Part shown: in pieces, positions 52,106 through 63,912 of the stretch | How the letters are laid out: every line of letters starts with the position of its first letter | Numbering within the stretch: the stretch's first letter is position 1 | Origin: Azolla caroliniana | Taxonomy: Eukaryota > Plantae > Polypodiophyta | DNA: 64,000 nucleotides | Assembly: GCA_043228905.1 (NCBI GenBank) | Contig: JBHGNT010000022.1 | Span: 8,556,001 to 8,620,000, forward strand | Reading direction: 5' to 3' | Notes under the pieces: generated by a model | What the model saw: only the letters and a program-made list of their open reading frames with translations | The model's database searches: none | What the model was told of the DNA's origin: nothing | Position numbers and translations under genes: made by a program

Positions 52106-55100
52106 AACTCCCCCTTCACTTCGGCATGGGATGTCTTTCCAATCCGATCCTCTTCCGGCATGCTTCCAGCTTGTCGGGTGTGAGCACCTTGGTCAGCATA
52201 TCCTATGTCCGGTCTCGTACACACCATGGCGTACATCAAGCTCCCGACGGCTGAGGCATACGGCACTTCCATCATATCCTCCTTTTCAGCCTTTGTCTTG
52301 GGACTTTGCTTGCTGGTCAGCTTGCAGTTTGCCGGGAGGGTCGATCCGACCGGTCTTGCTTCCGACATGTTGAACCGTTGAAGCACCTTTGTCACGTACT
52401 TCTCCTGTGACAGCCACAACTGCTTCTTCTTCCGGTCCCGGATGATGTGCATCCCTAGTATTTGCCTCGCCGGACCCAGGTCCTTCATTGAGAAGGTTCG
52501 GTGAAGAGCCTTCTTCAGCATCCGTATCTTGACCTGGTCCCGTCCGACGATCAACATGTCGTCCACGTACAGGAGGAGTATTAGGAAGTCTCCTCCTTCA
52601 AACTTCTTCACAAACACGCAGTGGTCGGACTGCGTTTTGAGGTACCCTTCGTCGGTCATGAAGGAGTCGAACTTCCGGTACCATTGCCGGGGAGCCTGCT
52701 TCAGTCCGTAAAGGCTCTTCTTCAACCGGCATACCAGGTGCTCCTTCCCTTTCTTCTCGAATCCTTCCGGTTGCTGCATGTAGATTTCTTCTTCGAGGTC
52801 ACCGTGAAGGAATGCTGTCTTCACGTCCATCTGTTCTACCTCGAGGTCCATGCTTGCCGCTATGCTCAGCACCGTCCGGATGGAGGTCATCTTCACTACC
52901 GGGGCAAATATCTCGTCGAAGTCGACGCCCTTCTTTTGCTGAAACCCCTTCACCACGATCCTGGCTTTGTATCTCGGGGGGTTTCCGGCATCTCCCGGTT
53001 TCAGCTTGAACACCCACTTGTTTCGAAGTGCCCGCTTTCCCTTCGGCAACTCCACAAGTTCATATGTGTGGTTCTCATGCAGGGAATCCATCTCGTCCTG
53101 CATGGCACTCAACCACCTGCGGCTCTGGGTGTCATGCTTCGCTTCTTCAAAGCTCTCCGGCTCCCCCTCGTCGGTTAGCAACACGTGCTCTGGTTCCGGA
53201 AATCTCCGGGGGGCCCTTCTCTCTCTTAGAGGGTATCTCCGTTCCGGAGCTTCGGTAACCGGTTCTTCCGATTCTTCTTCTTCATCCGAATCCATTTCGG
53301 GATCGGGGCCGGTTCCGGTATCATTTTCATCTTCTTCGGCCGGTTCTGTTTCTTCACTGTCTTCGGCCGGATCCTCGAGTGCTAACCGGTCCCTTGCCGG
53401 TCGGGACTGCTCCTCGTAGAGTTGATCCTCACCGATCGACTTGGAGCTCTTCATCTTCTTCTCCGACTCCCAGTCGGCGAGTGTCTTGTCCTCCATGAAG
53501 ATGATATCACGACTCCGGAATATCTTCTTGTCGACCGGGTCCCATACTCGGTAGCCGAACTCGTCGTCGCCGTAACCGAGGAATATGCATGGCCGGGTCT
53601 TCGGATCTAGCTTTCCTCTCCGGTCCTTTGCCACATGCACGTATGCGAGACACCCGAACACCTTCAGATGCCGGTAGGACACTTCCTTACCCGTCCACAC
53701 TTTCTGCGGCGTGTCTCCGTCCAAAGGTACTGAGGGTGATCTGTTTATCACGTATGTCGCCGTCGACATTGCCTCAGCCCAAAACCCCTTGGGTAATTTC
53801 GCATGCGCCAGCATACTCCGGACCCGCTCCATTATGGTCCGGTTCATCCTCTCGGCCAGCCCGTTCAGTTCCGGCGTCTTCGGCACAGTAAACTCGAGCC
53901 GGATTCCCTTCGAGCGACAGTACTCCTGGAACTGCCCCCGGTATTCCCCTCCGTTATCCGCTCGTATCGCTTTCAGCTTCTTGCCGGATTCCCTTTCCAC
54001 TCTCGCGTGGAGTTCTTTGAAGACGGACAACACTTGGTCCTTTGTCTTCAACGGTGCCGTCCACAGCTTCCGGCTGTGATCATCAATGAATGTCACGAAG
54101 TACTGGGCTCCGCCATGTGACTTCGTTTCTACCTGACACACATCAGTGTGCACCAACTCCAATGGTGCGCTACGTCTCGTCGGTGGCCTTGAGTGGAAGG
54201 AGGTTCGGTTTTGCTTACCGGCCAGGCAATCGGTGCACTTCTCCAGGTGCACGTGCTTCACTGGGATGAGGTTGTCTTCTGCAAGCCTCTTCATCCCCTT
54301 CTCACTCATGTGGCACAGTCTTTTGTGCCACAGCTCACCGGCAGTGTCGGCTGCCACATTCAGCTCTTCCGGACATAACCGGGCATTCATCAGGTACAGT
54401 GTGTTGACCTTCCGGGCCCGAACCACTATCAAGCTCCCCTTGCTGAACTTCATGACACCGTTCCGGATGCTACCCGTGTAGCCTTCATCATCTAGCCTCC
54501 CGGCCGAAATCAGGTTCAATCGGACCTCCGGAACGTGTCGGACATCTTTCAGCAGCATTTTGCATCCGGTCGGGGTTGTCAACCACACGTCTCCTATGCC
54601 GGCAATCCGGCACGTACCTTCATTTCCCATCCGAACACAGCCATGCTCGCCGGCTGTGTAGGATGAGAAGTATCTTCTCTCCGGGGTCAGGTGGAACGAT
54701 GCTCCGGAATCGACCACCCAGGTCGTCTCATCGCCGGCAACGTTTAGCTCACCTTCTTCGGTGATGAGCATGATTTCTTCCTCACTTGCCGCGAGTGCCG
54801 TTGTTCCTTTCCGGTCTTGCCCTCGCCGATCCGAACCTCTCCGGTCCGTGGCTCCCCGGTATGCACCGTTTCTCTCCGGTGACTTCTTCGAGTCGGTGTC
54901 GTCGGCTCCGTTGTCTTTTCGGTAATGCCGACAATTCTTTCGGAAGTGCCCCGGCTTCCCACAGTGGAAGCATGTGGGCCTTCCTCTTGACTGCGACCGG
55001 GTCCCCGACTTCTCCCGTCTTTGCGGACTCCGGTTCCATTGTCTTCCCCGATCCGATTCGGTAAACAGCATCTTCGGGTCGGAGGCCGGTTCCTTATCTC

Positions 55101-55668
55101 TCCGACGCGCTTCTTCATTCAGAATACTTGTCTTTACAGTTTGTAAGGACAAGTTATCTTCGGTGCACGAGGTGCTGAGAGTCACCACCAAGTTCTCCCA
55201 GCTTTCCGGCAATGTACACATCAGGATGATGGCTTGCATTGCATCCTCCAACGGGAACTTGATCGCCGCAAGCTGGTTCACGAATCCCATGAACGTGCTT
55301 ACGTGTTCCACCATACTCTCGCCGTCCCGATACTTGAGATTCACAATCTTCCTCATCAGGGAGGTCCGGTTCAACGCATTCTTCCTCTCATAGAGGCCAG
55401 ACAGCTTCTTCCACATCTCATATGCGTTGGTGTCGTTCGCCACATGTTGCAGGACGCTTACGTCGACATATTGTCGGATCGTCGCTACGGCTTTCCGGTT
55501 CAGGAGCTTCCACTCCGACTCAAGTACCCCCTTCGGTATTTCCGACCTGTCAATCGGTTCGTACAGGTCCCGAACAATCAGAAGATCCTCCATCTTGATC
55601 TTCCAGTCGGCGTAATTCTGTGCATTCAGCACCATCATCATCGGCTGCCCGCTGCCGCCGCCTTCCAT
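52018..55668 (-). CDS. Gag-PR-IN-RT polyprotein of element H, lacking RNase H (frameshifted tail)
   Basis: Uninterrupted ORF from ATG 55668: CFHCGKPGHFRKNC, VDSGAS, HKRLCH..CTDC, DDE core, YVDD; diverges after CTRPDIGYA. Confidence 0.93.
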   Translation of the reverse strand: MEGGGSGQPMMMVLNAQNYADWKIKMEDLLIVRDLYEPIDRSEIPKGVLESEWKLLNRKAVATIRQYVDVSVLQHVANDTNAYEMWKKLSGLYERKNALNRTSLMRKIVNLKYRDGESMVEHVSTFMGFVNQLAAIKFPLEDAMQAIILMCTLPESWENLVVTLSTSCTEDNLSLQTVKTSILNEEARRRDKEPASDPKMLFTESDRGRQWNRSPQRREKSGTRSQSRGRPTCFHCGKPGHFRKNCRHYRKDNGADDTDSKKSPERNGAYRGATDRRGSDRRGQDRKGTTALAASEEEIMLITEEGELNVAGDETTWVVDSGASFHLTPERRYFSSYTAGEHGCVRMGNEGTCRIAGIGDVWLTTPTGCKMLLKDVRHVPEVRLNLISAGRLDDEGYTGSIRNGVMKFSKGSLIVVRARKVNTLYLMNARLCPEELNVAADTAGELWHKRLCHMSEKGMKRLAEDNLIPVKHVHLEKCTDCLAGKQNRTSFHSRPPTRRSAPLELVHTDVCQVETKSHGGAQYFVTFIDDHSRKLWTAPLKTKDQVLSVFKELHARVERESGKKLKAIRADNGGEYRGQFQEYCRSKGIRLEFTVPKTPELNGLAERMNRTIMERVRSMLAHAKLPKGFWAEAMSTATYVINRSPSVPLDGDTPQKVWTGKEVSYRHLKVFGCLAYVHVAKDRRGKLDPKTRPCIFLGYGDDEFGYRVWDPVDKKIFRSRDIIFMEDKTLADWESEKKMKSSKSIGEDQLYEEQSRPARDRLALEDPAEDSEETEPAEEDENDTGTGPDPEMDSDEEEESEEPVTEAPERRYPLRERRAPRRFPEPEHVLLTDEGEPESFEEAKHDTQSRRWLSAMQDEMDSLHENHTYELVELPKGKRALRNKWVFKLKPGDAGNPPRYKARIVVKGFQQKKGVDFDEIFAPVVKMTSIRTVLSIAASMDLEVEQMDVKTAFLHGDLEEEIYMQQPEGFEKKGKEHLVCRLKKSLYGLKQAPRQWYRKFDSFMTDEGYLKTQSDHCVFVKKFEGGDFLILLLYVDDMLIVGRDQVKIRMLKKALHRTFSMKDLGPARQILGMHIIRDRKKKQLWLSQEKYVTKVLQRFNMSEARPVGSTLPANCKLTSKQSPKTKAEKEDMMEVPYASAVGSLMYAMVCTRPDIGYADQGAHTRQAGSMPEEDRIGKTSHAEVKGEFVGISVPFGWDGRISEMNADKPGFGFGSG

Positions 55669-55697
55669 TTTCTGCAACAGTCGCTCTGATACCAGTT

Positions 55698-56317
55698 TGT
55701 AAGGAATAGGCCCTTCTATCCACCTTCTTATCTCGGCCACAACCGATTAATCGCGGATCAATGGAGCAGAAAATAGGAAACACACGTAGAAACAAAACGA
55801 AGAAACGCGAGTACACAAGGATTAACGTGGAAAACCCTAAACGGGGAAAAACCACGGGAGTACAAGACTCCAAACAACACTATACAGAGAAGTATACAAT
55901 GACGAGCTCCAAGGCGACGACCTTGAGCTCGCTGTCCTCGCCACAGGCGGCGGAAATACACAGAGGCGTCTACCTCTTTCTCTCTCGCGCTCTCTCTCTT
56001 TCTCTCTCTCACGGCTGCTCTCTCTTCACTCCTCTAAAGTGGAAAAACAGAAAAATGAGAAGCAACAGAAAAACTGTTTGCCCTAAGTCATATTTATACT
56101 TATATGACTTTGGGCTATTTACAACTATAGCCTCAGGGGGCTCGTAGCGAACATATTCACGGATATGTCCCTGCATCCGGATCGCTCTCCGGGTACATTC
56201 GTCATCCGGCACCGAAGCCGGGGTCTTCGTCATCCGGATCCGAAACCGAAACCGGGCTTGTCGGCATTCATCTCCGATATCCGACCATCCCATCCGAAAG
56301 GGACCGAAATCCCAACA
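55698..56317 (-). repeat. 5' LTR of element H
   Basis: Direct repeat of 51486-52105; adjacent TGGTATCAGAGC PBS on minus strand. Confidence 0.97.
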
Positions 56318-56322
56318 CAAGT

Positions 56323-58051
56323 TACCCAAGACGTTTTGCCCTGAGGCACTGACGACAGCGACCTATGTCATAAACAGATCACGCTCAATACCCTTGGGCG
56401 GAGACTCACAGCAGAAAGTATGGACCGGTAAGCATGTGTCCTACCAGTATTTGAAGGTGTTCGGGTGTCTCGCATACGTGCATGTGGCGAAGGGCAAGAG
56501 AGCAAAGCTGGATCCGAAGTCCCGGCCATGCATATTCCTTGGATATGGCGATGACGAGTTTGGTTACCGTGTGTGGGATCTGGTCGACAGAAAGGTGTTC
56601 CGAAGTCGGAGAAGAAGGTAACGAACTCCAGATCATCCATTGAAAACCGGCTTGATCACAAAAGGATATACCCGGTTGAAAACCGGATGTTAGCCGGTAA
56701 CCAGATGACACTCGACGAACCGACCGGATACGAGCAGGAAACCAAACCAACCAAAGAAGAAGAAGAAGAAGACACCGGAACCGGACAAGATCCCGAATTG
56801 GATTCGGATTCGGAACAAATGGAGGAACCGACAATGAGGAAACAAGGATGGAGATATCCTCTTTGGGAGAGAAGAGCCCCAAATGATTTCCGGATGCAGA
56901 GCACGTGTTGCTAACCGACGAGGGGGAGCCGAAAAGCTTTGAAGAAGCAAGGGGAGACACCCACAGCCGCAAGTGGTTGACTGCCATGCAGGATGAGATG
57001 GATTCCCTGCATGAGAACCACACATACGAATTGGTGGAGTTGCCGAAAGGAAAAAGGGAACTCCGGAACAAGTGGGTGTACAAGCTGAAACCGGGAGACG
57101 CCGGAAATCCACCAAGGTATAAGGCTCGGATCGTGGTGAAGGGCTTCCAACAAAAGAAAGGAGTGGACTTCGATAAGATGTTTGCCCCGGTAGTAAAGAT
57201 GACATCCATCCGGACGGTATTGGGCATAACGGCAAGCATGAACCTCGAGGTAGAGCAACTGGACGTCAAGACAGCATTCCTACACGGAGACCTCGAAGAA
57301 GAGATCTACATGCATCAACCGGAAGGATTTGAGAAGAAAGGGAAGGACCACCTAGTGTGCCAGCTGAAGAAGAGCCTATACGAACTGAAGCAAGCTCCCC
57401 GGCAATGGTACCAGAAGTTCGACTCCTTCATGACCGATCAAGGGTACCACAAGACGCAGGCCGATCACTGCGTGTTTGTGAAGAAATTTGATGAAGGAGA
57501 TTTGATGAAAAGAGCACTTGAATGCGGTAAAATGGATACTTCGGTACTTAAAGGGAACTTCTAGTATGTGCCTCCAATTCGGCTCCAGTAAACCCCTAAT
57601 GGAAGGCTTTACCGATTCAGATATGTTGGCTGATGTGGACACTAGCTGGTCAACTTCTAGATATGTTTTGTGGCAGTCGAGGCTGCAGAAGACAGTAGCG
57701 TTGTCAACCACGGAGGTAGAGTACATGGCAGCCGTGGAAGCCGGTAAGGAAATATTATGGATGAAGGACTTCATCGGAAAGCTAGGGATCCGGCAAGAGG
57801 AATACCGGCTCTACTGCGACATTCAAAGTGCCATGCACCTTGCAAAGAACGTGGCATACCATTCTAGAATGAAGCACATTCAACGCAGGTACTACTGGAT
57901 CCGGGAGGGAGTTGAAGATCGAGAGTTCGTGCTGACGAAGATCCACACAGAGGAGAACGGGTCGAATGTACTGACCAAGGTGCTAACACCCGACAAGTTG
58001 GACGCATGCCGGAAGCGGATTGGACTGACAAGACATCTCATACCGGAGTGA
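56323..58051 (+). pseudogene. Element F integrase C-half, RT and RNase H (internal deletions)
   Basis: KVFGCLAYVHV, QLDVKTAFLHG, ALSTTEVEYMAA; YVDD region deleted near 57505. Confidence 0.9.
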
Positions 58052-58061
58052 AGGGGGAGAT

Positions 58062-58379
58062 TGTTGGGAAATCAGTCTCTTCGGATGGGATCCGGTAATG
58101 AATAAAGAAGACCCGGTGAGAACCATAAAGAGATCCGAAAGCAGGAGGAGAGCCGGTGAGAATCGGAAGAGATCTGGAAACCGGATCGGTGGACCCGATG
58201 AGAACCGGAAGATAAGACAGATTTGTAAATATGTCTTGAATAAGCCCATTGAGGCTATATTTGTAAATAGCCCTAAGTTCATATAACTATAAATATGACT
58301 TAGGGCAATTACTTTAGATATATATAGTAGGGTGTGATTTGTGTTGTTGTGCTATTGCTGTAAGTTGTAACTATTGTAC

Positions 58380-58419
<40 letters not shown>

Positions 58420-58666
58420 CAATAATCTATTGTAAATGCCACTGTGCGAAGAAACAGAGCTCGAGGTCATTGCCTCCGAGTCTCTAATTGTACCCCTTCT
58501 CTTCATAGTGACAGTTCGGAGTCTGTGGGCTCCCGTGGTTTTTTTCCCTATTAGGGTTTTCCATGTAAACATCCTGTGTCATTTCTCTTGTGCACTCTTC
58601 CTCTTTCCCATTTCTGTGATTCAAGACTCGGTTGTGGCTGAGCGACATTCCGCATACTTCTCGTCA
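58062..58666 (+). repeat. 3' LTR of element F
   Basis: TGTTGGG after PPT AGTGAAGGGGGAGAT; ends CTCGTCA. Confidence 0.9.
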
Positions 58667-60145
58667 CCATGAACACTGTCGTTGATGCAATAAGTCGCAT
58701 CCGTGAAGTTAACATGCTTAGCTTCACTGAAATAACATCATATCTTTATGATCACCTTTGAGGAAAGTATCCTGATGATAGTTATTTTGCGAAATATTGT
58801 GCAAGAGTTGAGTCTAGAACAGACACCACCACATCCTCGAAGGAATACTTCCACATTGCTAACAGTCTCTCTACCGTAATGGGAAGGTTTGTGTTCCAGA
58901 TTTGCCTGAGGTTAGAAAGAGAATTCTTTTTTAATGCCATGATCCACCCTCTGTGGGGCACCCTGGAATACATCGTACACTCGTTCTCATCTCCACTCAA
59001 TTTTGTTGGCCTACGATGCGTCCTAACATACATAGCTATGTGACTAAATGTCACTAACGTCAGGTTAACAAAGCCGAGCGACTTAAAGTCGCAGGACTTT
59101 TACATCCCTTGGACATTCCCAATAATAAGTGGGAAAGTATATCCATGGATTTTATCGTTAGCCTTCCTCGCACCCAAAAAGGCCATGATGCCATCTAGGT
59201 TGTGGTTGATAGACTAACTAAAATGGCCAGATTTATTGATACGAAAACCACGATAACAACTCCTGAATTGGCTTACCAATTCGTTGACGAGTTATTTCGT
59301 TTTTATGGGTTACGGATGGATATCGTGAGTGATCGAGTCTTTAAGAAGTTAGAAACTACATTGAGCATGAGCTCCACGGATCATCCTCAATTTGATGGAC
59401 AGACAGAACGAGTAAATCAAATTATTAAGGACATGCTTCGAGCATACGTTGGTACAAAACTAACAAAATGGGAACGTTATCTCCCAATTTTGGAGTTTTC
59501 TTATAACAGCTCCAAGCATACATCGACGGGATATAGTCCTTTTATGTTGATGTATGGTTTTCAGCCACGAGCCCCGATTGATGTTAATATACATCATGAT
59601 GAGTTTCGAAGTACGCAAAACTTTCTTCGGGATATGCAAGATATGTTGCATATTGCACAAGATAGAGCGCATTTTTATGTTGATCATAATAGGCAACCTC
59701 GTGTATTCAAGCCTGTACAGAAGGTATTTTACGTGTACCTCACAATTCTAAGACATTGTCTAAGGATAAGTGCGCTAAGTTATCCCCACGATTTTGTGGA
59801 CCTTTTACAGTCCTCAAACGCATTGGGTCATCAGCCTATCATCTCGCTCTTCCCGATGGTGTTGAAATTCATCCAGTTTTTCATGTGAGTCGTCTAAAAG
59901 AACTTCTAGGTTCTGGCGACAATACAGTTACAACTGAAACTCTGGTTACTTTTGAAGAATTATCTTCTAAACCACATGTACCAGAAAGAATTCTCGATGT
60001 TAAAACAAAAAAAGTACGTACTAAAGAAATCCGAGAATTTAAAATAAAATGAATGGATAAATCAATAAAAGATGCCACATGGGAACGCGAAAATACTCTC
60101 AGAACTAACTTCCCTAACTTTCCATTGCAAGAGTGCAATGTTTAA
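58667..60145 (+). pseudogene. Element A integrase and chromodomain
   Basis: NTVVDAISR, WESISMDFI, VDRLTKMARF, HPQFDGQTERVN, KLSPRFCGPF, IHPVFHVSRLK, PERILD..DATWE. Confidence 0.9.
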
Positions 60146-60159
60146 AAGAGGGGGGAGTA

Positions 60160-60625
60160 TGTTACGGGCATGACCATATAATATCCTGTGGTGAGAATTT
60201 ACCATCGTATTCTATACACATGGATAAGTGTGAGGGTTAAACGAGAGTGTAAAGAAGGGGAGGATTACTTTTAATCCTCGGGATTGAGACAACCCATTAG
60301 GCCAAGTGTGAACTTGCCTGGGGGCCTTGGGTGGGTATCGTTATAAATAAGAGGCCTAGCTACCCTCATTTGATCATCTTTTGACTACGTCGAGACTCTG
60401 TTTCGTGGTGGTTCAACTCTTGTAGCGAGCGCGCCAACATCAGATACGACTCAACGCCACAACGTTGGTATGGGACGCCGATCAAGTCTCGAGTCCGTCT
60501 CGATCCCTTCGCTCGGGGGTGGTAGGGTGGATCGACGCCCTTCTTTCTCTCTCTGTCCTTTCTATCTATCTATCTATCTATCTTTTATCCTTATCATATG
60601 CTTACTTTAGATCATATCTCTAAGA
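60160..60625 (+). repeat. 3' LTR of element A
   Basis: TGTTACGGG after PPT AAAAGAGGGGGGAG; TATAAATA ~60342; end matches 27161-27193. Confidence 0.88.
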
Positions 60626-62816
60626 GGATGTATCTGAAGGTGCGGAGGAAGATCAAGGCGGAACGTGACATCATTAATCTTGCCGGTAATACGGAAAGGA
60701 CCGAGTCCTCGATAATCCAATTTGTTGCATGGTCGAGGAGTGTTGATGTGACGACGTAAGAGCCATACTCGATCTCCGATGGAAAAAGAGGAGGGAAACC
60801 GATGACAATATGCTTATGTCTTCTATGTGTGTTGAGCATGACGAAGATGAGTAGATAGATCCGACTGAATCTTGCGTAGCCTCTCCAAATGATCCTCGGC
60901 ACGGGGATTCGTAGGTAGCTCTAGAGTGTCGATCACAGACCAGCGAGGATGAGAACCGGTATAAGCGTAAACTGGGGAGACCCGAGTGGAGGAGTGAATA
61001 ACGTTATTATAAGCAAACTCAGCAAAGTGGAGAATATCGGCCCAATCATGTTGTTGATAACTCAAAAAACACCAAAGAGTTTGGTTTGTTCATTCCGCTT
61101 GCCTATCAATTTGGGGATGATAGCCGAAGGAGAGGTTGCAAGAGACCTTGAAAATCTTGAAGAGATGCTTCCAAATTTTGGAGATGAATTGAGGTCCTCG
61201 GTCACTGATGATACTGTCTGGGAGACCATGATGCCGAAAAACCTCACGCATGACAAGGGTGGCGGTTTCCTCACTAGTGATGGCCTTAGTACAAGGCACA
61301 AAATGTGCCATCTTAGTATATCGGTCAGTGATGGTTAAGATAGCATCGAAGCCTCTATGATAAAATCAAGAGAAAGGGATTGCCACAGCTTACTTGGAAT
61401 TGGTAAGGATTCCAACAAGCCATATGGATGATGTCGTGGCATCTTTGCTCGGCGACAAGCATCACCGGTTCGAATGTAGTCGTCGACAAAACGTCGCATA
61501 TGGGGCCACCAAAAAGATTGTTGGACTAGATCCAATGTCTTAGTACTACTGAAATGTCCAGCTGTATGGGTGTCGTGACAATTTTGGACGATTTGAAGGC
61601 GACAGAAGCAATCGGGAACATACGTGAGATTTTTCAAGAATAATAAACCATCATGATATTTGAATTGTCAGTAGTCTATACCTGGTTGTTGAGACTGGAA
61701 ATAGGATGCCCGAGAGGCATCAATTTGTGCTAGAATAGCTTGAGCAAAACTATCCTCTTCAAATTGGCATGTATGGCATCGATAATCCGGGAATCTAGTG
61801 GAGTGTGAAAAATCCACGTTGTGTGCAAATGTGTTGGTCCCAAGATTATCTGCTTTTGATTATCAAATGTTGGATCACCAAGACGAGGGGCAAGATATGA
61901 GCGTCATGATAGTGCATCTGTTTTTCCTTGTTGCTTCCCCGGTCGATATGTGATTTTGAAGTCAAACATGTGAGGAATTGGGCCAACCGAGCTTGCCGTT
62001 GATTTAGTATGCAAGCGTTCTGGAAATAAGCAAGATTTTTGTGATCACTGAAGACGATGACCTGGTGAGGAAGGCCCTCTAAGAAGTGCCACCATTGCAC
62101 AAACAAATCAACGATGACTAATAACTCCTTGTCATGTATCTCGTAGTTGATTTCTGCGGCACCAAATTTGCGCAAGTGAAAGCCACATGATGTAACTCTT
62201 CTTTATCTCCTTGTTGTGAAAGGATGCTACCGAGGGTGAAATATGACGCATCGGCCTCCATGATGAATGGTTTGTTTGTATCCACATGAGCTAGAATAGG
62301 AGCTGATGTAAAGACTTTCTTAAGGTGCATAAAAGCCATGTCCACTTCATTGGACCAAAGAAATGACCGTCCCTTCTCTGTAAGTTGTGTGAGAGGCAAA
62401 ATAATCTTCGAGAAATCCTGTATAAACTTGCAGTAGAAGTTAGGGAAGCCTAGTAAATGTTGCACATTTCAAAACGAACGTGGATTTTGCCACTCTAGCA
62501 TGGTTTTGACTTTAGATGGATCCATGGAGATGCCTTTTGAGGAGATGACGTAGCCTAGAAATTACACTTGCTTGCAGTCAAAGCTACATTTTTCTAGTTT
62601 GGCATAAAGACTATGCTCTCGGAGTCGTTTTAGTACTAATAGTACATGAGAATCATGCTCTTCCTGGGTTTTTGAATAAATCAATAGATCATCTAGATAA
62701 ATGATCAAACAGATATCCAAGAGGTCTCTAAATATATCATTTGCCATGTGCTGGAAGACTGCGGACACATTGGTTAGACTGAATGGCATAACAGTATACT
62801 CGAAGTGCCCATATCG
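60626..62816 (-). pseudogene. Element D pol (RT, RNase H, integrase), C-family chromovirus
   Basis: Colinear with element C 18890-21110; IYLDDLLIYS, EADASYFTLG, HDTHTAGH. Confidence 0.92.
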
Positions 62817-63912
62817 GATGAGAAGAATATCAATCCGTTTTTTCCGAGTTTCAGTGTCTAAAAGAAAAATTTGTTGCATTGAAACAAGAAAACCAATGAT
62901 TCTTAGGGAATCTTCAACAAATCTCTTTACAAAAACAACAAACGTAGTTAGCGTTACGGGTGCAACAACTCAAAGCAACCATCATAGTGTTGCAACAATA
63001 GGGATCAAGTCCCCAAGGACTTCATAAAGAGCCCAAGATTGAACTTCCTGTGAAATTCGATGGAACACGATCACAATTCAGAGGATTCCTTAATCAGGTA
63101 CGTTTAGTCATTTAGATGCATCCTTCCCGATACCCCATTGATGCATCCCGAGTAGGCTTAATAGGCACATTGCTCAACGGCTCAACCCTGGCATGGTTCG
63201 CTCCGCTTTTAGGAAAACAATCTCCCTTGCTTAATAGCTTTGAAGACTTTATTAGCGAGTTTAAAGCCTGCTTTGGAGATACCGACAGCATCAAGACGAC
63301 GATCAACAAGATCCGAAGATTGCATCAAGGCGATCGTCTAGCCTCTACCTACGTGGGGGATTTCCATCTACTCACCTCAGATATCCCCTGGGATGATCAC
63401 ACACTAATGGAGCAGTTTCGCTACGGCCTGCGAAACGATGTTGAAGATTTAGTTTTAACCTTCCCCAAAGAACCAAAATCTCTCACAGAGGTAATCAGTC
63501 AAGCAGTTCGATGCGACAACTGCCTTTTTGAACGACGTTCGAAACGACAATTACAAATACCATGGACTAGGCTAGAGCCCACATATGCCTCAGTCGCAGC
63601 TAAACCGTTTGCACAAGATGTATCTCAGGCAAATACGCCGACACCGATGGAAATCGACACCATGCGTCGACGTGGCACGTTATCAGAAGAAGAAAAGAAA
63701 GGACAACGTGCAAATCGACTATTTCTTTATTATGGTGGACCAGGGCATATCACAATCAATTGTCCCCATAGGCCAAGAAGACAGATAAATCAAATGGTAG
63801 CCTATAATAAACCCGAGTCAATTCCCTTAGGACTGTCTGATAGTATTAATAGTACTAAGTAGCCCAAGTATCTCAAACAAATTTGAAATCCTTAGTCAAT
63901 TAGAGGAAGAGT
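62817..63912 (+). pseudogene. Chromovirus gag in inverted orientation (element D)
   Basis: ORF 63116-63862 homologous to element B gag (LAWFAPLLG, PTPMEID, GGPGHITINCP). Confidence 0.88.

Larger units (their letters stand above)
51486..56317 (-). mobile_element. Very young Tnt1/Tork-like copia element H with RNase H deletion
   Basis: Perfect TSD CAAGT (51481-51485, 56318-56322); 620-bp LTRs 51486-52105 and 55698-56317 with no difference seen; PBS 55683-55694; PPT ~52106-52120. Confidence 0.97.
43866..58666 (+). mobile_element. Tnt1/Tork-like copia element F hosting G and H
   Basis: 5' LTR stub 43866-43922 matches end of LTR 58062-58666; PBS TGGTATCAGAG ~43926; gag continues across G, IN continues across H; PPT ~58047-58061. 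Confidence 0.9.
27161..60625 (+). mobile_element. Chromodomain gypsy element A hosting B, E, LINE, F, G, H
   Basis: 5' LTR stub 27161-27193 matches end of LTR 60160-60625; PBS TGGTTTCAGAGC 27196-27207; long leader; gag/PR 42500-43860; IN/chromodomain 58667-60145; PPT 60144-60157. Confidence 0.8.

Noticed and set aside
52131-55689. Plus-strand ORFs overlapping copia pol genes here and elsewhere
   Set aside because: Antisense shadows of GC-rich coding sequence with no domain evidence.
55669-55740. N-terminal 24 codons of the 1240-aa ORF
   Set aside because: Starts at GTG inside the LTR and crosses the PBS; the ATG at 55668 matches the gag start of L.
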